Of a stretch of DNA of 64,000 bases, positions 42,717 through 52,517 are shown piece after piece; the stretch's first letter is position 1; every line of letters begins with the position of its first letter. Below the pieces are notes generated by a model. The model saw only the letters and a list, made by a program, of their open reading frames with translations. It was not told the origin of the DNA and searched no databases. The position numbers and the translations under genes are program-made. This stretch comes from a virus: the IMG/VR virus record IMGVR_UViG_3300045988_138147, one strand, 5' to 3'.

Positions 42717-42788
42717 CCCATAATAGATAAGAAGATTGTTTTACAGGGCGGTAGGCTGGATATGCCGCCGCCCTTCATGCTTATAATC

Positions 42789-43325
42789 ATGGCAGTATAT
42801 AGAGCAAAGAAAAAAGATACACAACCAAAGAAAGACGCTGTAACAGCTCATACTCCTGTATCCAATGAATCAATGGAGCGTTTGGCAAGGATAATGAACG
42901 ACAGCCCAAGTATTATGAAACTCCACGGTACGGAGTGGTGTATCAAAGGATTAAAGCCCGGTGTTCAATGGCTTATAGCCGAACAAGCGTGCCGGATCGT
43001 CAAAGGAGAGAAACTGAGCATGGGAGATGTTATCAAGGAGTTTGCAGTAAATCTACCAGCAGTGGCACATGTAATAACGCTTGCACTTCTCAATGACAAG
43101 GACAGGATATTCTCTGATTATGAGAAAAAAGAACTTTCAGATGACTACCACAAAGTCTATGACCTTCTAATGTGGGGGGAATACGACATAAAGGATTGGG
43201 CTTTATTGCTCGGTGAAATCCTTAACCTCATAAGCACGGATTTTTTTTTCGAGAGTATCAATGTGATTCAGACCGTGAGGGAGATGACACTGGCAAGGAA
43301 GATGAAGAAAACGGAACAAAGCTGA
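42789..43325 (+). CDS. tail assembly chaperone (gpG analogue; likely start MAVYRAKKKD)
   Basis: Position before the tape measure. Contains the slippery T9 run. Confidence 0.7.
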   Translation: MAVYRAKKKDTQPKKDAVTAHTPVSNESMERLARIMNDSPSIMKLHGTEWCIKGLKPGVQWLIAEQACRIVKGEKLSMGDVIKEFAVNLPAVAHVITLALLNDKDRIFSDYEKKELSDDYHKVYDLLMWGEYDIKDWALLLGEILNLISTDFFFESINVIQTVREMTLARKMKKTEQS

Positions 43326-43567
43326 TAATATCCCGTACCGAATGGGGGCAGATGATTGATTTTCTGCGCTCCAACACTTGGTGCTCTCGTGAAGAATATT
43401 TATGGGAAATGACGGTCGGGCAAGTCCGGTTAAGCTCGTTTGATTTTTCCCATGTAGAATACGGAAATAAGGATAAGAAAAAGAAGAAGGTCAACAAGAT
43501 AAGTTCGGTTGACGATTTGAAGAATTTGAATGATTTGGGTATGCCCATAATTAATAAAAAAGGATAA
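43226..43567 (+). CDS. -1 frame extension of the chaperone (gpGT analogue; track ORF 43352..43567)
   Basis: Hand check found no stop in the -1 frame between 43226 and 43567. This is the canonical arrangement upstream of tape-measure genes. Confidence 0.6.
   Translation, partial: PHKHGFFFREYQCDSDREGDDTGKEDEENGTKLIISRTEWGQMIDFLRSNTWCSREEYLWEMTVGQVRLSSFDFSHVEYGNKDKKKKKVNKISSVDDLKNLNDLGMPIINKKG
43241..43249 (+). promoter_or_regulatory. slippery T9 run for programmed -1 frameshift
   Basis: Zero frame reads GAT TTT TTT TTC (DFFF). The -1 frame is open from 43226 to 43567. Confidence 0.65.
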
Positions 43568-43571
43568 CGAT

Positions 43572-46500
43572 ATGCCAGATAATGAAGCAGGAGCATTCCT
43601 CAACATAACACCCGATGTATTAAAGAAGTTGGACAGTTTCGATGAGAAGCTGGAGAAGATAGAGAAACATGCACATACGGCTGCGGATGCGTTGAAAAAC
43701 GGGTTTGGCAGTGTGGTAGTAGATACTTCCAAATTGGAGAGCGCAATCGCTTCGTTAGCCAGCAAGATAAGTTCGATTGGGTCTAAAGGGAATCCGTTTG
43801 AGGGAGTAAGTAAAGGAGCTGGAGATACCGAAAAGAAAACCACATCCATGAACGAAAGCCTTTCACGTGCAGCAGATTTACTGAATCGGATAGGTGATAA
43901 AAAAATAGGGCAAGGTTCGTTTAGCGGATGGAATATAGCCGGACTGAAAGAAAGTATTTCTGACTTGAAAAAGTTTGTTGAGAATACACAGACTATTTCA
44001 AAACAACAGCAACAGACGGCCGTTAATGCCATGCGTTACATGAAAATGGAGCTTGACTACCAACGCCAAACTGACGAACAGAGAGTACAATCGGCAGAGA
44101 AAACCGCACAACGAAAAGAAGCAGCCGATAGGCGTGCGGCAAAAGCAGCAGAACAATTAGCGAGACAGCAAGAAATAGCTCAACGTACTACGCCGCAAGG
44201 TGCATTGGACTATTCAAGAAACGCCAAATATTTGCGTGACCAAGTAACAGCCATAAACTACTTGAAGCAGGCTCGTTTGTCTTTAAACACTACAGATGCC
44301 AACTACAGGCAGACACTTGAACAGATAAACCAAGCCATCGCCAAGCACAACCAAGCCTTGCAGCAAGCAGGAGTACAATCGCAGCAACTGGCCACACGCC
44401 ACCGGAACCTAATGGATACGGCTGGGCAATTAAGCCGTCAGCTTGCCTTGGTGTTCTCCGTATCACAGATTGAAGGGTATATCAGTAAGTTGGCAAATGT
44501 ACGTGGAGAATTTGAATTACAGCAGCGTTCCTTGGAAGCCATTTTACAGAATAAAGCGCAAGCAGACCAGATATTCAACAAGACCGTCCAACTTGCTGTA
44601 AAATCGCCATTCCAAATTAAGGAACTGGTTACATTCACAAAACAGCTTGCAGCATACCGTATTGAATCGGATAAGTTATATGACACGACAAAACGACTTG
44701 CCGATGTATCCGCTGGTTTAGGTGTTGATATGGGCAGACTTATTCTTGCTTATGGGCAGGTCAAAGCGGCAGCGTATTTGCGTGGTACGGAAGTTCGTCA
44801 GTTTACGGAAGCAGGTATCAATTTGTATGGAGAATTGCAACGCTACTTTGAAGAAGTTAAAGGCGAAGCATATACCACTGCCCAAATTGTGGATATGATT
44901 TCAAAACGAAAAGTAACCTTTGAAGATATTGAGAACATCTTCAAACGGTTAACTGACAGCGGAGGATTGTTCTACAATATGCAGGAAATTCAAGCCGAAA
45001 CTTTGCAGGGTAAAATTTCCAACTTGAAAGACAGTATTGATGTGATGCTTAACTCTATCGGTAAGGCTAACGAAGATACACTGAAAGGTTCTATTGATTC
45101 TATTAAGGTATTGATTGATAATTGGGAAACAGTTGTCGAAGTGGCAAAAGCGTTTGGCATTGTAGTTGGTTCAATGGTTTTACTCCCTAAGATAAAAGCC
45201 GCTGCAAATGGAGTTAGCTTGCTTTCCTTTGCTTTTACAAAAGCAGAAACCGCATTACGTTCTTTGGGATTAGCGTTCAAAACATCATTTCCGTTAATAG
45301 CACTTGGAGCGGCTTTACAACTTGTTAATGAGTTGTGGAATGTGCATTCTCAATACAACAAAATGTTACGAGAAAGTAGCAATAAATATTATACAGCTCA
45401 GTTAAGAATAGGAGAAATAGACGAAATAGCTAAAAATGATACAAGAAAAGCGTTATCATCCCTTGTAAAAGAGATGAATAATGAAGGATTTGAAATAGAG
45501 ATAAAGCCTAATATATCAGAAAAAGAAGCAAAAGAACAGTTTGAAGAGTATAAAAAACAATATACAGGATTCTTGGAAGATATTAGGAAGATTGAAGCCA
45601 ACTATGCAGAAAACAGAAAGAAAGGATGGCTGATAGGTAATGATGATATTGAAACAGATTTAGACGAATACGAAAACGCTTTCTATGACTTTATAGCGAA
45701 GGGTAACAAAATACAAGCTGAATTATTAAGGATTTCAGAAGAATCAACCTCCTTAGGCAAAGGAGCAAAAGAATACATACAAGAACTAGTAAAAGGAAAG
45801 AAAGAAGGAGAGAATTTAATTGACTACTACAAAAGACTTGCAGACTACTTGGAGAAGTTACAGAATGGTGTTCTTTTTGCAGGTAAGAAAAGTTCTATCG
45901 CCAGCTCATTTCTTGGAACAAAGAAAGATTTGGAGAAAGATAAAGAAGAAGCAACTAAAGAAATACGTGAAATCTTTGATTCCGTAAATGATGAGGTAAT
46001 AAAAGGTAATAAAACAAGAGAACAATTTAAGATTTTAATAGATAAAGGAGATTTTTCCAAACAATGGTCTGATATAAAGAAGCAACTTGCATACGATATA
46101 TATAACTTGGGAGATATAAAAGTTCCTCTTAGACCAGGAATAAATCAAGAAGATCCTCAATCAAACCCCAAACATGAACGTGACATATTAGCAGAACGCA
46201 TTTCTCTTATCAAAGAACTTAACAAGGAATACGAGAAGCTGAATAAGGTAATGGGCAGCGATAAGGCAGCTAAGACAGTCATGGAACGCTACGCATCCCA
46301 ATTGAAAGATGTTCAGATGCCTAAAAATATCATAGGGGAAGCATTCTTGCCTAATAAGGAAAATACGGCAAAGGCTTTGCAGGAACTTGCAAAGATTATT
46401 ACTGACTTTAGGAAGAAGATAGGAGCACAAAAAGATGCTAATGTCTTGTTTGACGAAAAGGATGCAGATGATTTTAAAAAGCAGCTAGACAAAACTAAAG

Positions 46501-48941
46501 ATAACATTGAATCCATGTTCAACAGCTTAGACTTACACCAGAAGCTGAAAGATGCAGGACTGTCCGAAGCCGAAGTGCAGGCTTTGTTCCCCGGACTTGC
46601 CAAGACCTTGGACGATGTGCAGAAAGGGATTGAAGCAGAATATCAGAAGAAATTTCCGAAAGGCGAATACCTTATTGCTGATACCGATGCCAACAAGCAA
46701 TATTTAGCAGACTTAAACAAGCTGAACCAGCAGCGTATAAAGGACAGTCAAGACCTTGTTATCGAACTGACTAAAGCTTATAAAACACAGCTTTCAGATC
46801 AGTTGCAGTTAGATATGTGGTATTATAAAGAAAGAAGCAAAATTTATACAAAGGTCTATGATGAACAAACAAAGACGTTTAAGGATGTGCTTACAAAAGA
46901 AATGCAAGAACAATACAGCAAAAATTTGAAAGCACAATATGACAAGAAATCGTCTGAAAATACATGGAAGGCATTTAAGGGTACAGATACCTATATGAAT
47001 ATGTTCGACAACTTGGAAAACGTTTCAACAAAAGCCATTGAGAATATGAAAGCCAAACTTGAAACGTTAAAAGAGCAGATGAAGAATCTTGATCCATCCC
47101 AGCTAAAGGAAGTAATGAACTTCTACAACAAAATGGATGAACAACTTTCTAAGAGAAGTCCGTTGGATTCTTTTATAACATCATACAAAGAAATAAAAAA
47201 ACTAAGTGAACAAGGCAGAACGGAAGATTTTCTCAATATGGATATTCTTAACAGAGAAAAACAGAATATTTCATTAGAGAAAGAAATATCTGCCATGAAA
47301 ACCATTATCGAATTAAAAAATGGTTCTATAAATAAAGATGCAGTCGGTATTGATTTTCTTGAAAAAAACAATGCTTTATTAAGCCTGTCCATTTCAGACC
47401 TTAAACAGCAAATAACCTTAAAGGAATCTTTGATAAATAATAATAAATCCACTATATCCTTAGATGAAAACGACCTAAAAAAATTTGATAAGGCAAGAGC
47501 CAATCTGTCGAATATGCAGGACGCATTTGAGCAGATAAGGAATATAGGGAAGCAGGCTATGGGGAGCATAGTGTCTATTCTTGAAACGATGGGGGAAGAC
47601 ACCGATAGCACAAGTATGAGGTTGTTAAACATGGTCGGGACTATTGGAGATTTGATTGTGCAAGCGGTAATGTTCCAATTGCAGTTAAAACTATGCGCAG
47701 CAGCGGCAACAGCTATGGGTGTTGCCATGAATGCTGCATTAGGACCAATTGGATGGGTACTAATTGCATTACAAGCTGTAGCCACCATTCTTTCATCTAT
47801 ATTCGGCAACCATGACAAAGATTTACAAAAAGAAATAGAAGAACATGAAAGAAAGATAAAGAAGCTGGAACGTGAATACGACAAGCTAAAAGAGAGTATA
47901 GACAATGTATGGGATATAACAAAGCTACAAGAATATGGGAATGAACTTGATGAGAACATAAACAAACAGATAGTATCTCTCAATGCCATGATAGCCGCCG
48001 AAAGAGATAAGAAAGATACTGACTGGGATAAAATAAACGAATGGCAGGAACAGATTGAAGATCTCAGGGATACTTTGGCTGACAGTGCTAATGACATGAT
48101 AGCGGAGCTTGGCGGTGTAGGTTCCGATGAAAATTTCAAAACATTGGCTGAGAATTTTGCATCGGCATGGTTGGAAGCGTTTCAAGAAACAGGGGATGGC
48201 TTGTCTGGACTTCAAGAAAGTTTTGATGATTTTATGGAAAACTATGTAAAACAACAGATACTTCTAAGATTATCTGACAAGTTCTTAAAACCTATGTTTG
48301 AAGAATTTGACAGTCTAATTGCAACAAGAACAGATATGGAGCAAGAGGATCAAGAAAGGTATTTTGAACTTCAAGCCCAAATAACCAAGCTAAGAAACAC
48401 AGCCAATAATTCGGTTGTGAAAAGTGTCGCAAAAAAGGCAAATGCCGCTGCTGATGAGATAGAAAATAGTGAGGAATATAAAAGACTTCAAAAGGCATAT
48501 ACGGATTTTTTAAAGCCGAATGATATTAATACCGAAGCCATCAAAGACTGGTCTGACAAGATGAAGGAAGTGTTTGGTGAATATAACGAGGCGGCAGAAG
48601 AAATTTTTAACCAAATAGGATGGGAACCCGGAGGTAAAGCAAATCTGTCCGCTCTCACCCAAAGCATACAAGGTATAACAGAGACTACTGCCGAGGCACT
48701 TGAGGCATTACTAAACTCTATCAGATTCTTTGTAAACCAGCAAACTACTGATATAACAGCTATCAGAAATCTGTTAGAAGCTCGATATAGTTTAGAATCA
48801 CAAGCTGAAACAAACCCCATGCTAATTGAATTGAAAGCGCAGACGGGATATTTGGAGATTATTTCAGATAGAATAGACCGTGTATTCGCACCAAATTCAA
48901 ATTCAAGGGGAGCAGGACTAAGAGTATTCATAAGTGACTAA
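43572..48941 (+). CDS. tail tape measure protein (1789 aa)
   Basis: Size, extensive coiled coil, and the hydrophobic segment AAATAMGVAMNAALGPIGWVLIALQAVATILSSIFG. Confidence 0.9.
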   Translation: MPDNEAGAFLNITPDVLKKLDSFDEKLEKIEKHAHTAADALKNGFGSVVVDTSKLESAIASLASKISSIGSKGNPFEGVSKGAGDTEKKTTSMNESLSRAADLLNRIGDKKIGQGSFSGWNIAGLKESISDLKKFVENTQTISKQQQQTAVNAMRYMKMELDYQRQTDEQRVQSAEKTAQRKEAADRRAAKAAEQLARQQEIAQRTTPQGALDYSRNAKYLRDQVTAINYLKQARLSLNTTDANYRQTLEQINQAIAKHNQALQQAGVQSQQLATRHRNLMDTAGQLSRQLALVFSVSQIEGYISKLANVRGEFELQQRSLEAILQNKAQADQIFNKTVQLAVKSPFQIKELVTFTKQLAAYRIESDKLYDTTKRLADVSAGLGVDMGRLILAYGQVKAAAYLRGTEVRQFTEAGINLYGELQRYFEEVKGEAYTTAQIVDMISKRKVTFEDIENIFKRLTDSGGLFYNMQEIQAETLQGKISNLKDSIDVMLNSIGKANEDTLKGSIDSIKVLIDNWETVVEVAKAFGIVVGSMVLLPKIKAAANGVSLLSFAFTKAETALRSLGLAFKTSFPLIALGAALQLVNELWNVHSQYNKMLRESSNKYYTAQLRIGEIDEIAKNDTRKALSSLVKEMNNEGFEIEIKPNISEKEAKEQFEEYKKQYTGFLEDIRKIEANYAENRKKGWLIGNDDIETDLDEYENAFYDFIAKGNKIQAELLRISEESTSLGKGAKEYIQELVKGKKEGENLIDYYKRLADYLEKLQNGVLFAGKKSSIASSFLGTKKDLEKDKEEATKEIREIFDSVNDEVIKGNKTREQFKILIDKGDFSKQWSDIKKQLAYDIYNLGDIKVPLRPGINQEDPQSNPKHERDILAERISLIKELNKEYEKLNKVMGSDKAAKTVMERYASQLKDVQMPKNIIGEAFLPNKENTAKALQELAKIITDFRKKIGAQKDANVLFDEKDADDFKKQLDKTKDNIESMFNSLDLHQKLKDAGLSEAEVQALFPGLAKTLDDVQKGIEAEYQKKFPKGEYLIADTDANKQYLADLNKLNQQRIKDSQDLVIELTKAYKTQLSDQLQLDMWYYKERSKIYTKVYDEQTKTFKDVLTKEMQEQYSKNLKAQYDKKSSENTWKAFKGTDTYMNMFDNLENVSTKAIENMKAKLETLKEQMKNLDPSQLKEVMNFYNKMDEQLSKRSPLDSFITSYKEIKKLSEQGRTEDFLNMDILNREKQNISLEKEISAMKTIIELKNGSINKDAVGIDFLEKNNALLSLSISDLKQQITLKESLINNNKSTISLDENDLKKFDKARANLSNMQDAFEQIRNIGKQAMGSIVSILETMGEDTDSTSMRLLNMVGTIGDLIVQAVMFQLQLKLCAAAATAMGVAMNAALGPIGWVLIALQAVATILSSIFGNHDKDLQKEIEEHERKIKKLEREYDKLKESIDNVWDITKLQEYGNELDENINKQIVSLNAMIAAERDKKDTDWDKINEWQEQIEDLRDTLADSANDMIAELGGVGSDENFKTLAENFASAWLEAFQETGDGLSGLQESFDDFMENYVKQQILLRLSDKFLKPMFEEFDSLIATRTDMEQEDQERYFELQAQITKLRNTANNSVVKSVAKKANAAADEIENSEEYKRLQKAYTDFLKPNDINTEAIKDWSDKMKEVFGEYNEAAEEIFNQIGWEPGGKANLSALTQSIQGITETTAEALEALLNSIRFFVNQQTTDITAIRNLLEARYSLESQAETNPMLIELKAQTGYLEIISDRIDRVFAPNSNSRGAGLRVFISD

Positions 48942-48971
48942 TTAATTTAATACATTTAAATAATCATTCTG

Positions 48972-49445
48972 ATGGTAAGAGATAGTATAACGACCCAAGC
49001 CATACCGGGTGGCTTCTCCGTAATAGTAAGCGGTTTTATAGCAGAATCATTGGAGCACATGATACCTTGGATTATTGTATCATTTGCAGTAGTGATATGT
49101 GATTTGGCTTTTGGAATAAGGAAAAGCCTTTTAATGGGCGAAAAGGTTCGTTTCTCTAGTGCAATACGCCGCACAATGGGTAAACTTGTAACCTACTTCG
49201 CCTTTGTTTGTATGGTTGTCATGATAAACATTGCATCCGGCAGCAAATGGGATATAGACATATACTCCTGTTTGTTAGTTTGCTTCATTGAATTTTGCTC
49301 TATCATATCAAATATATTGAAGCCCAAAGGATACAGCTTTAATATGCTTAAGGCGTTAGGTCTGTTTGGTAAGAAGGTGCTTGATGTAGAAAAAGAGGAT
49401 ATAAATGAAATAATAACAGAAAATAAAAAGGAGGAAAAGAAATGA
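48972..49445 (+). CDS. holin-like membrane protein
   Basis: Three TM segments (GGFSVIVSGFIAESL.., IPWIIVSFAVVICDLAFGI, LVTYFAFVCMVVMINIA, LLVCFIEFCSIISNIL). Lies between the tape measure and the lysin. Confidence 0.6.
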   Translation: MVRDSITTQAIPGGFSVIVSGFIAESLEHMIPWIIVSFAVVICDLAFGIRKSLLMGEKVRFSSAIRRTMGKLVTYFAFVCMVVMINIASGSKWDIDIYSCLLVCFIEFCSIISNILKPKGYSFNMLKALGLFGKKVLDVEKEDINEIITENKKEEKK

Positions 49446-49447
49446 GT

Positions 49448-49900
49448 TTAATTGATTTTATTTTTATTGCGCCTTTTGCACTTTATGCCATAATCTACGC
49501 ATTTTCGGTAAAAGAATCCTGTAATTCCGATGAATCCATAGAAATATGACGTGCATTTAAGCGCTATTCTTAATACATATTCATGCCCGTTTAAATAGCT
49601 TTCTGGCGAACGCAGTAAAAGAAATGCAGCTGTCAATGTTGGCATAATAAGTATAGGTATTTCCATATTAAACCTGTATCGGGAACAAACGGAGCATAAA
49701 CATAACAAACAAAAAGAATAATAAATAGATAATGTAGACGCAGATATGGCAAAAATTACTTGCAAATAAAGCTCTAAGGATTTAAAAGCAGGTATGTATA
49801 AATACATTATAGTAAATATTAATGGTAGTTGGATGAGAAAAGCACTGAACACATTTTTCTGTTCAGGAGTATAGCTTCTAATAAGTTCTGATAAGTCCAT
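49448..49900 (-). CDS. antisense-oriented polytopic membrane protein (accessory insert)
   Basis: 150 aa, 4 hydrophobic segments, AT-rich. Converges on the holin stop with a 2-nt gap. Confidence 0.6.
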   Translation of the reverse strand: MDLSELIRSYTPEQKNVFSAFLIQLPLIFTIMYLYIPAFKSLELYLQVIFAISASTLSIYYSFCLLCLCSVCSRYRFNMEIPILIMPTLTAAFLLLRSPESYLNGHEYVLRIALKCTSYFYGFIGITGFFYRKCVDYGIKCKRRNKNKIN

Positions 49901-49959
49901 ATTTTTTGCGACAAAAATAATAGTAATTTTATAATTTAAAGATAAGGAGGAAAAGAAAA

Positions 49960-50538
49960 ATGGCTAATATTGAACATTTCATACCATTTCTTATAAAATG
50001 GGAAGCTGGTATAAGTAAGAAAAGCAATGAAACCAATGAGTCTCTTTTTCAAAGAGCAAGAAAAACAGGATGGGCTGATGATCCCGATGATTTAGGAGGA
50101 CAAACTATGGTAGGTGTGACAATGGCTACCTATGAGGAATATTGTCGTAGAAAAGGTTATCCAAAACCTACGACCGGAAGGTTGATGGATTTGTCATATA
50201 ACGATTGGAAAAGTATCTTGAAGATGTTGTATTGGGATAGATGGAATGCGGATGAAATAAGAAGCCAAAGTATAGCAGAGATAGTATGCGATTTTGTATG
50301 GGCTTCTGGGGTACATGGTATTAAAGTACCGCAGGATTTGGTTGGTGTGATTCCTGATGGCATTGTCGGGCCTAAGACACTCGCCGCAGTAAATTCCCGT
50401 AATCCCCGTGAATTGTTTGACCAGATCAAGATTGCACGGTTTGATTTCATCGAGGATATATGCCGGAAACGTCCTGCAAACAATAAATTCAAACGGGGCT
50501 GGATGAACCGTATAAATGATATAAAATTTGAGGAATAA
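49960..50538 (+). CDS. endolysin, GH108 lysozyme + PG_binding_3
   Basis: FLIKWEAG...WADDPDDLGGQTMVGVT (GH108 N-terminal motif) and PDGIVGPKTLAAVN (peptidoglycan-binding motif). Confidence 0.85.
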   Translation: MANIEHFIPFLIKWEAGISKKSNETNESLFQRARKTGWADDPDDLGGQTMVGVTMATYEEYCRRKGYPKPTTGRLMDLSYNDWKSILKMLYWDRWNADEIRSQSIAEIVCDFVWASGVHGIKVPQDLVGVIPDGIVGPKTLAAVNSRNPRELFDQIKIARFDFIEDICRKRPANNKFKRGWMNRINDIKFEE

Positions 50539-50690
50539 CATAAAACAATAAGGCGTTCTTTGACATGATGGGATTGTAGTAGAAAAAAAGTTATCATTTT
50601 ACTTGTGTAATAGTAGAATAATAGTTATCTTTGTGGCGTTAATCCATGCAACTAACAATAGTTGTTTCAGTGAAACTAATTTTTTTAGAA

Positions 50691-50906
50691 ATGAAAGTTT
50701 TAAAAGTAAAAGTTGTAATGACTATCTTGGAAGCGAATGGATGGATACATGTTCGGACAAGAGGGGACCATTGGATTTATAGAAAAGAGGGTGAGGCTCG
50801 TCCTATCCCCGTTCCTGGGAATCCCAATGATGATCTTGCTATCGGAACATTGAAATCAATATTTCGGCAAGCCGGAATAACGGATGAGGACTTGAAGAAT
50901 TATTGA
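50691..50906 (+). CDS. hicA: HicA mRNA interferase toxin (start MKVLKVKVVMTILEANGW)
   Basis: LEANGWIHVRTRGDHWIYRKEG..PIPVPGNPNDDLAIGTLKSIFRQAGI is a canonical HicA sequence. Confidence 0.85.
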   Translation: MKVLKVKVVMTILEANGWIHVRTRGDHWIYRKEGEARPIPVPGNPNDDLAIGTLKSIFRQAGITDEDLKNY

Positions 50907-50991
50907 ACGTCCATTAAGGGGCAGGGTAATTTAACCCTGCATCCTTTTATTGGATTGGGAATGATAAAATAACCCTTAAAAAATAAGAGAT

Positions 50992-51396
50992 ATGAAAACT
51001 TTAACTGTAATCATCGAACGCACAGAAAATAACTATTCTGCTTATATAGAAGGCGTTGATGGTGTTGTGGTGACAGGACAAAGTGTAAAAGAGATTAAAA
51101 GAAACATTATTAGTGCTATCGACGCGCTAAAAGATGAATGCAAGGAATTTGGTGGCGAAATTCCGGAAGAATTGGAAGGTGATTACTCTTTAACATTCAA
51201 AATGGATGTGAAATCAGTTCTGGATTTTTATTCCCATGTTTTTACAAAATCCGGATTGGAGAGAATTACGGGAATAAATCAAAAACAGCTATGGCATTAT
51301 GCTTCTGGTAATAGAACTCCAAGACCGGAACAAGCTTTGAAATTGGAAAACGCTTTGCATGATTTAGGTGAAGAATTATTAGCAATAAACTTATAA
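50992..51396 (+). CDS. hicB: HicB antitoxin with C-terminal HTH
   Basis: MKTLTVIIERTENNYSAYIEGVDGVVVTGQSVKEIKRNIISAI (HicB fold pattern) plus ITGINQKQLWHYASGNRTP (HTH). Confidence 0.85.
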   Translation: MKTLTVIIERTENNYSAYIEGVDGVVVTGQSVKEIKRNIISAIDALKDECKEFGGEIPEELEGDYSLTFKMDVKSVLDFYSHVFTKSGLERITGINQKQLWHYASGNRTPRPEQALKLENALHDLGEELLAINL

Positions 51397-51486
51397 GTTC
51401 CAACGCTTCCAAGAGCTTGAACTTTCTCAATGGCAATCCCATCATTTCTTAGGGGTTGCCATTTTTTTATGTAAAGAATTTAAGTT

Positions 51487-51894
51487 ATGAGACAAAGAGT
51501 CTATATATGGATTGCGGTAGGGATAGCATTGCTATTGCTGTTTGGATCATGCCGGAGCATAAGGTATGTCCCAGTAGAAACTATAAGGACTGACAGTCTT
51601 TATCTTACCGTACACGAACGTGATTCCATTCACATTAAGGATTCTGTCTATATAAGGGAGAAAGGCGATTCAGTGTTTGTTGACAAGTGGCATATAGTCT
51701 ACCGTGACAGGATGATTCGCGATACAGCCTATATAGAGAAGGAGAAAGAGTTAGAAGTCCCCTACCCTGTGGAGAAGGAATTAACATGGTGGCAGAAGAC
51801 GAAATTAGAACTAGGAGAGTTTTCAATAGGTATTATATTAATATTATTAATCGTAGTCATTTGGCTGGTAAAGAAGAAGGGAGGTGCAAGATGA
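51487..51894 (+). CDS. candidate unimolecular spanin (N-terminal lipoprotein signal + C-terminal TM)
   Basis: IAVGIALLLLFGSC lipobox-like. C-terminal FSIGIILILLIVVIWLV followed by KKKGG. Beta-rich middle. 135 aa. Confidence 0.5.
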   Translation: MRQRVYIWIAVGIALLLLFGSCRSIRYVPVETIRTDSLYLTVHERDSIHIKDSVYIREKGDSVFVDKWHIVYRDRMIRDTAYIEKEKELEVPYPVEKELTWWQKTKLELGEFSIGIILILLIVVIWLVKKKGGAR

Positions 51895-52152
51895 AATAGT
51901 AACCAGAATGCCACAGGTAGAAGCGTGGCACATAAAAAAACTCATTTAACAAAAGTAATTCTTTCAGGGGCTTAGAATCAAAAAAAAGCCCCCAACGCTC
52001 ATATTAATATTGCCACATAAAAACATGATAAAAGCATAAGACACTGCACGTTGGAGGCTAAATATCTTCAACAAAATGTCTTATGCTTTGTTCATCGATA
52101 TATCTTGTTTTATGTGGCATGGCAAAGATAAGAATAAAAAATTAGAAAAAAC

Positions 52153-52446
52153 ATGTGCAAGTCAGAAATCTTTGCCAAAATAATTAATATTGTTTCAAAA
52201 GAAACAGAAGTGTCTGTAGACCAAATATTATCGTCTGATAAGAATATGGAAACAGTGGATGCCCGGTATCTTCTTGTATTTTTTCTTTTCGAAAGCGGTA
52301 TGTACCCTTCACAAATAGCCGCTCATATCCATAAGACTAAACGTGCTGTCAACTACATGATATCCAATTTCCATGAGAGGATGGAGAGTGGGAAAATGAT
52401 GAGAATATATTGGGACGATATAAAGAATTTGTTGGGAAACAACTGA
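52153..52446 (+). CDS. DnaA-C-terminal-like HTH protein
   Basis: ILSSDKNMETVDARYLLVFFLFESGMYPSQIAAHIHKTKRAVNYMISNF parallels the DnaA domain IV pattern (R...V.AR.IAMYL....T..S...IG..F.rdHtTV). Confidence 0.55.
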   Translation: MCKSEIFAKIINIVSKETEVSVDQILSSDKNMETVDARYLLVFFLFESGMYPSQIAAHIHKTKRAVNYMISNFHERMESGKMMRIYWDDIKNLLGNN

Positions 52447-52517
52447 TTTTCCATGAGTTATGATCTATATACTTTTGTGCACGGTCGATTTTGACCGGAT
52501 ACAAAATACAAATACTT

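Noticed and set aside
43184-43193. TGGGGGGAAT inside the chaperone gene as a further crossover site
   Set aside because: It lacks the leading C and the ACT/ATT end of the 11-mer, is not at an ORF boundary, and has no cassette-like frame structure.
47123-48139. 338-aa minus-strand ORF, and other long antisense ORFs inside the tape measure, fibre and Tal-like genes (e.g. 23560..24096, 43430..44032, 34061..34597)
   Set aside because: These are shadow ORFs of long, compositionally biased genes. Their Ser/Phe/Leu-rich sequences lack features, and each overlaps a much stronger gene.
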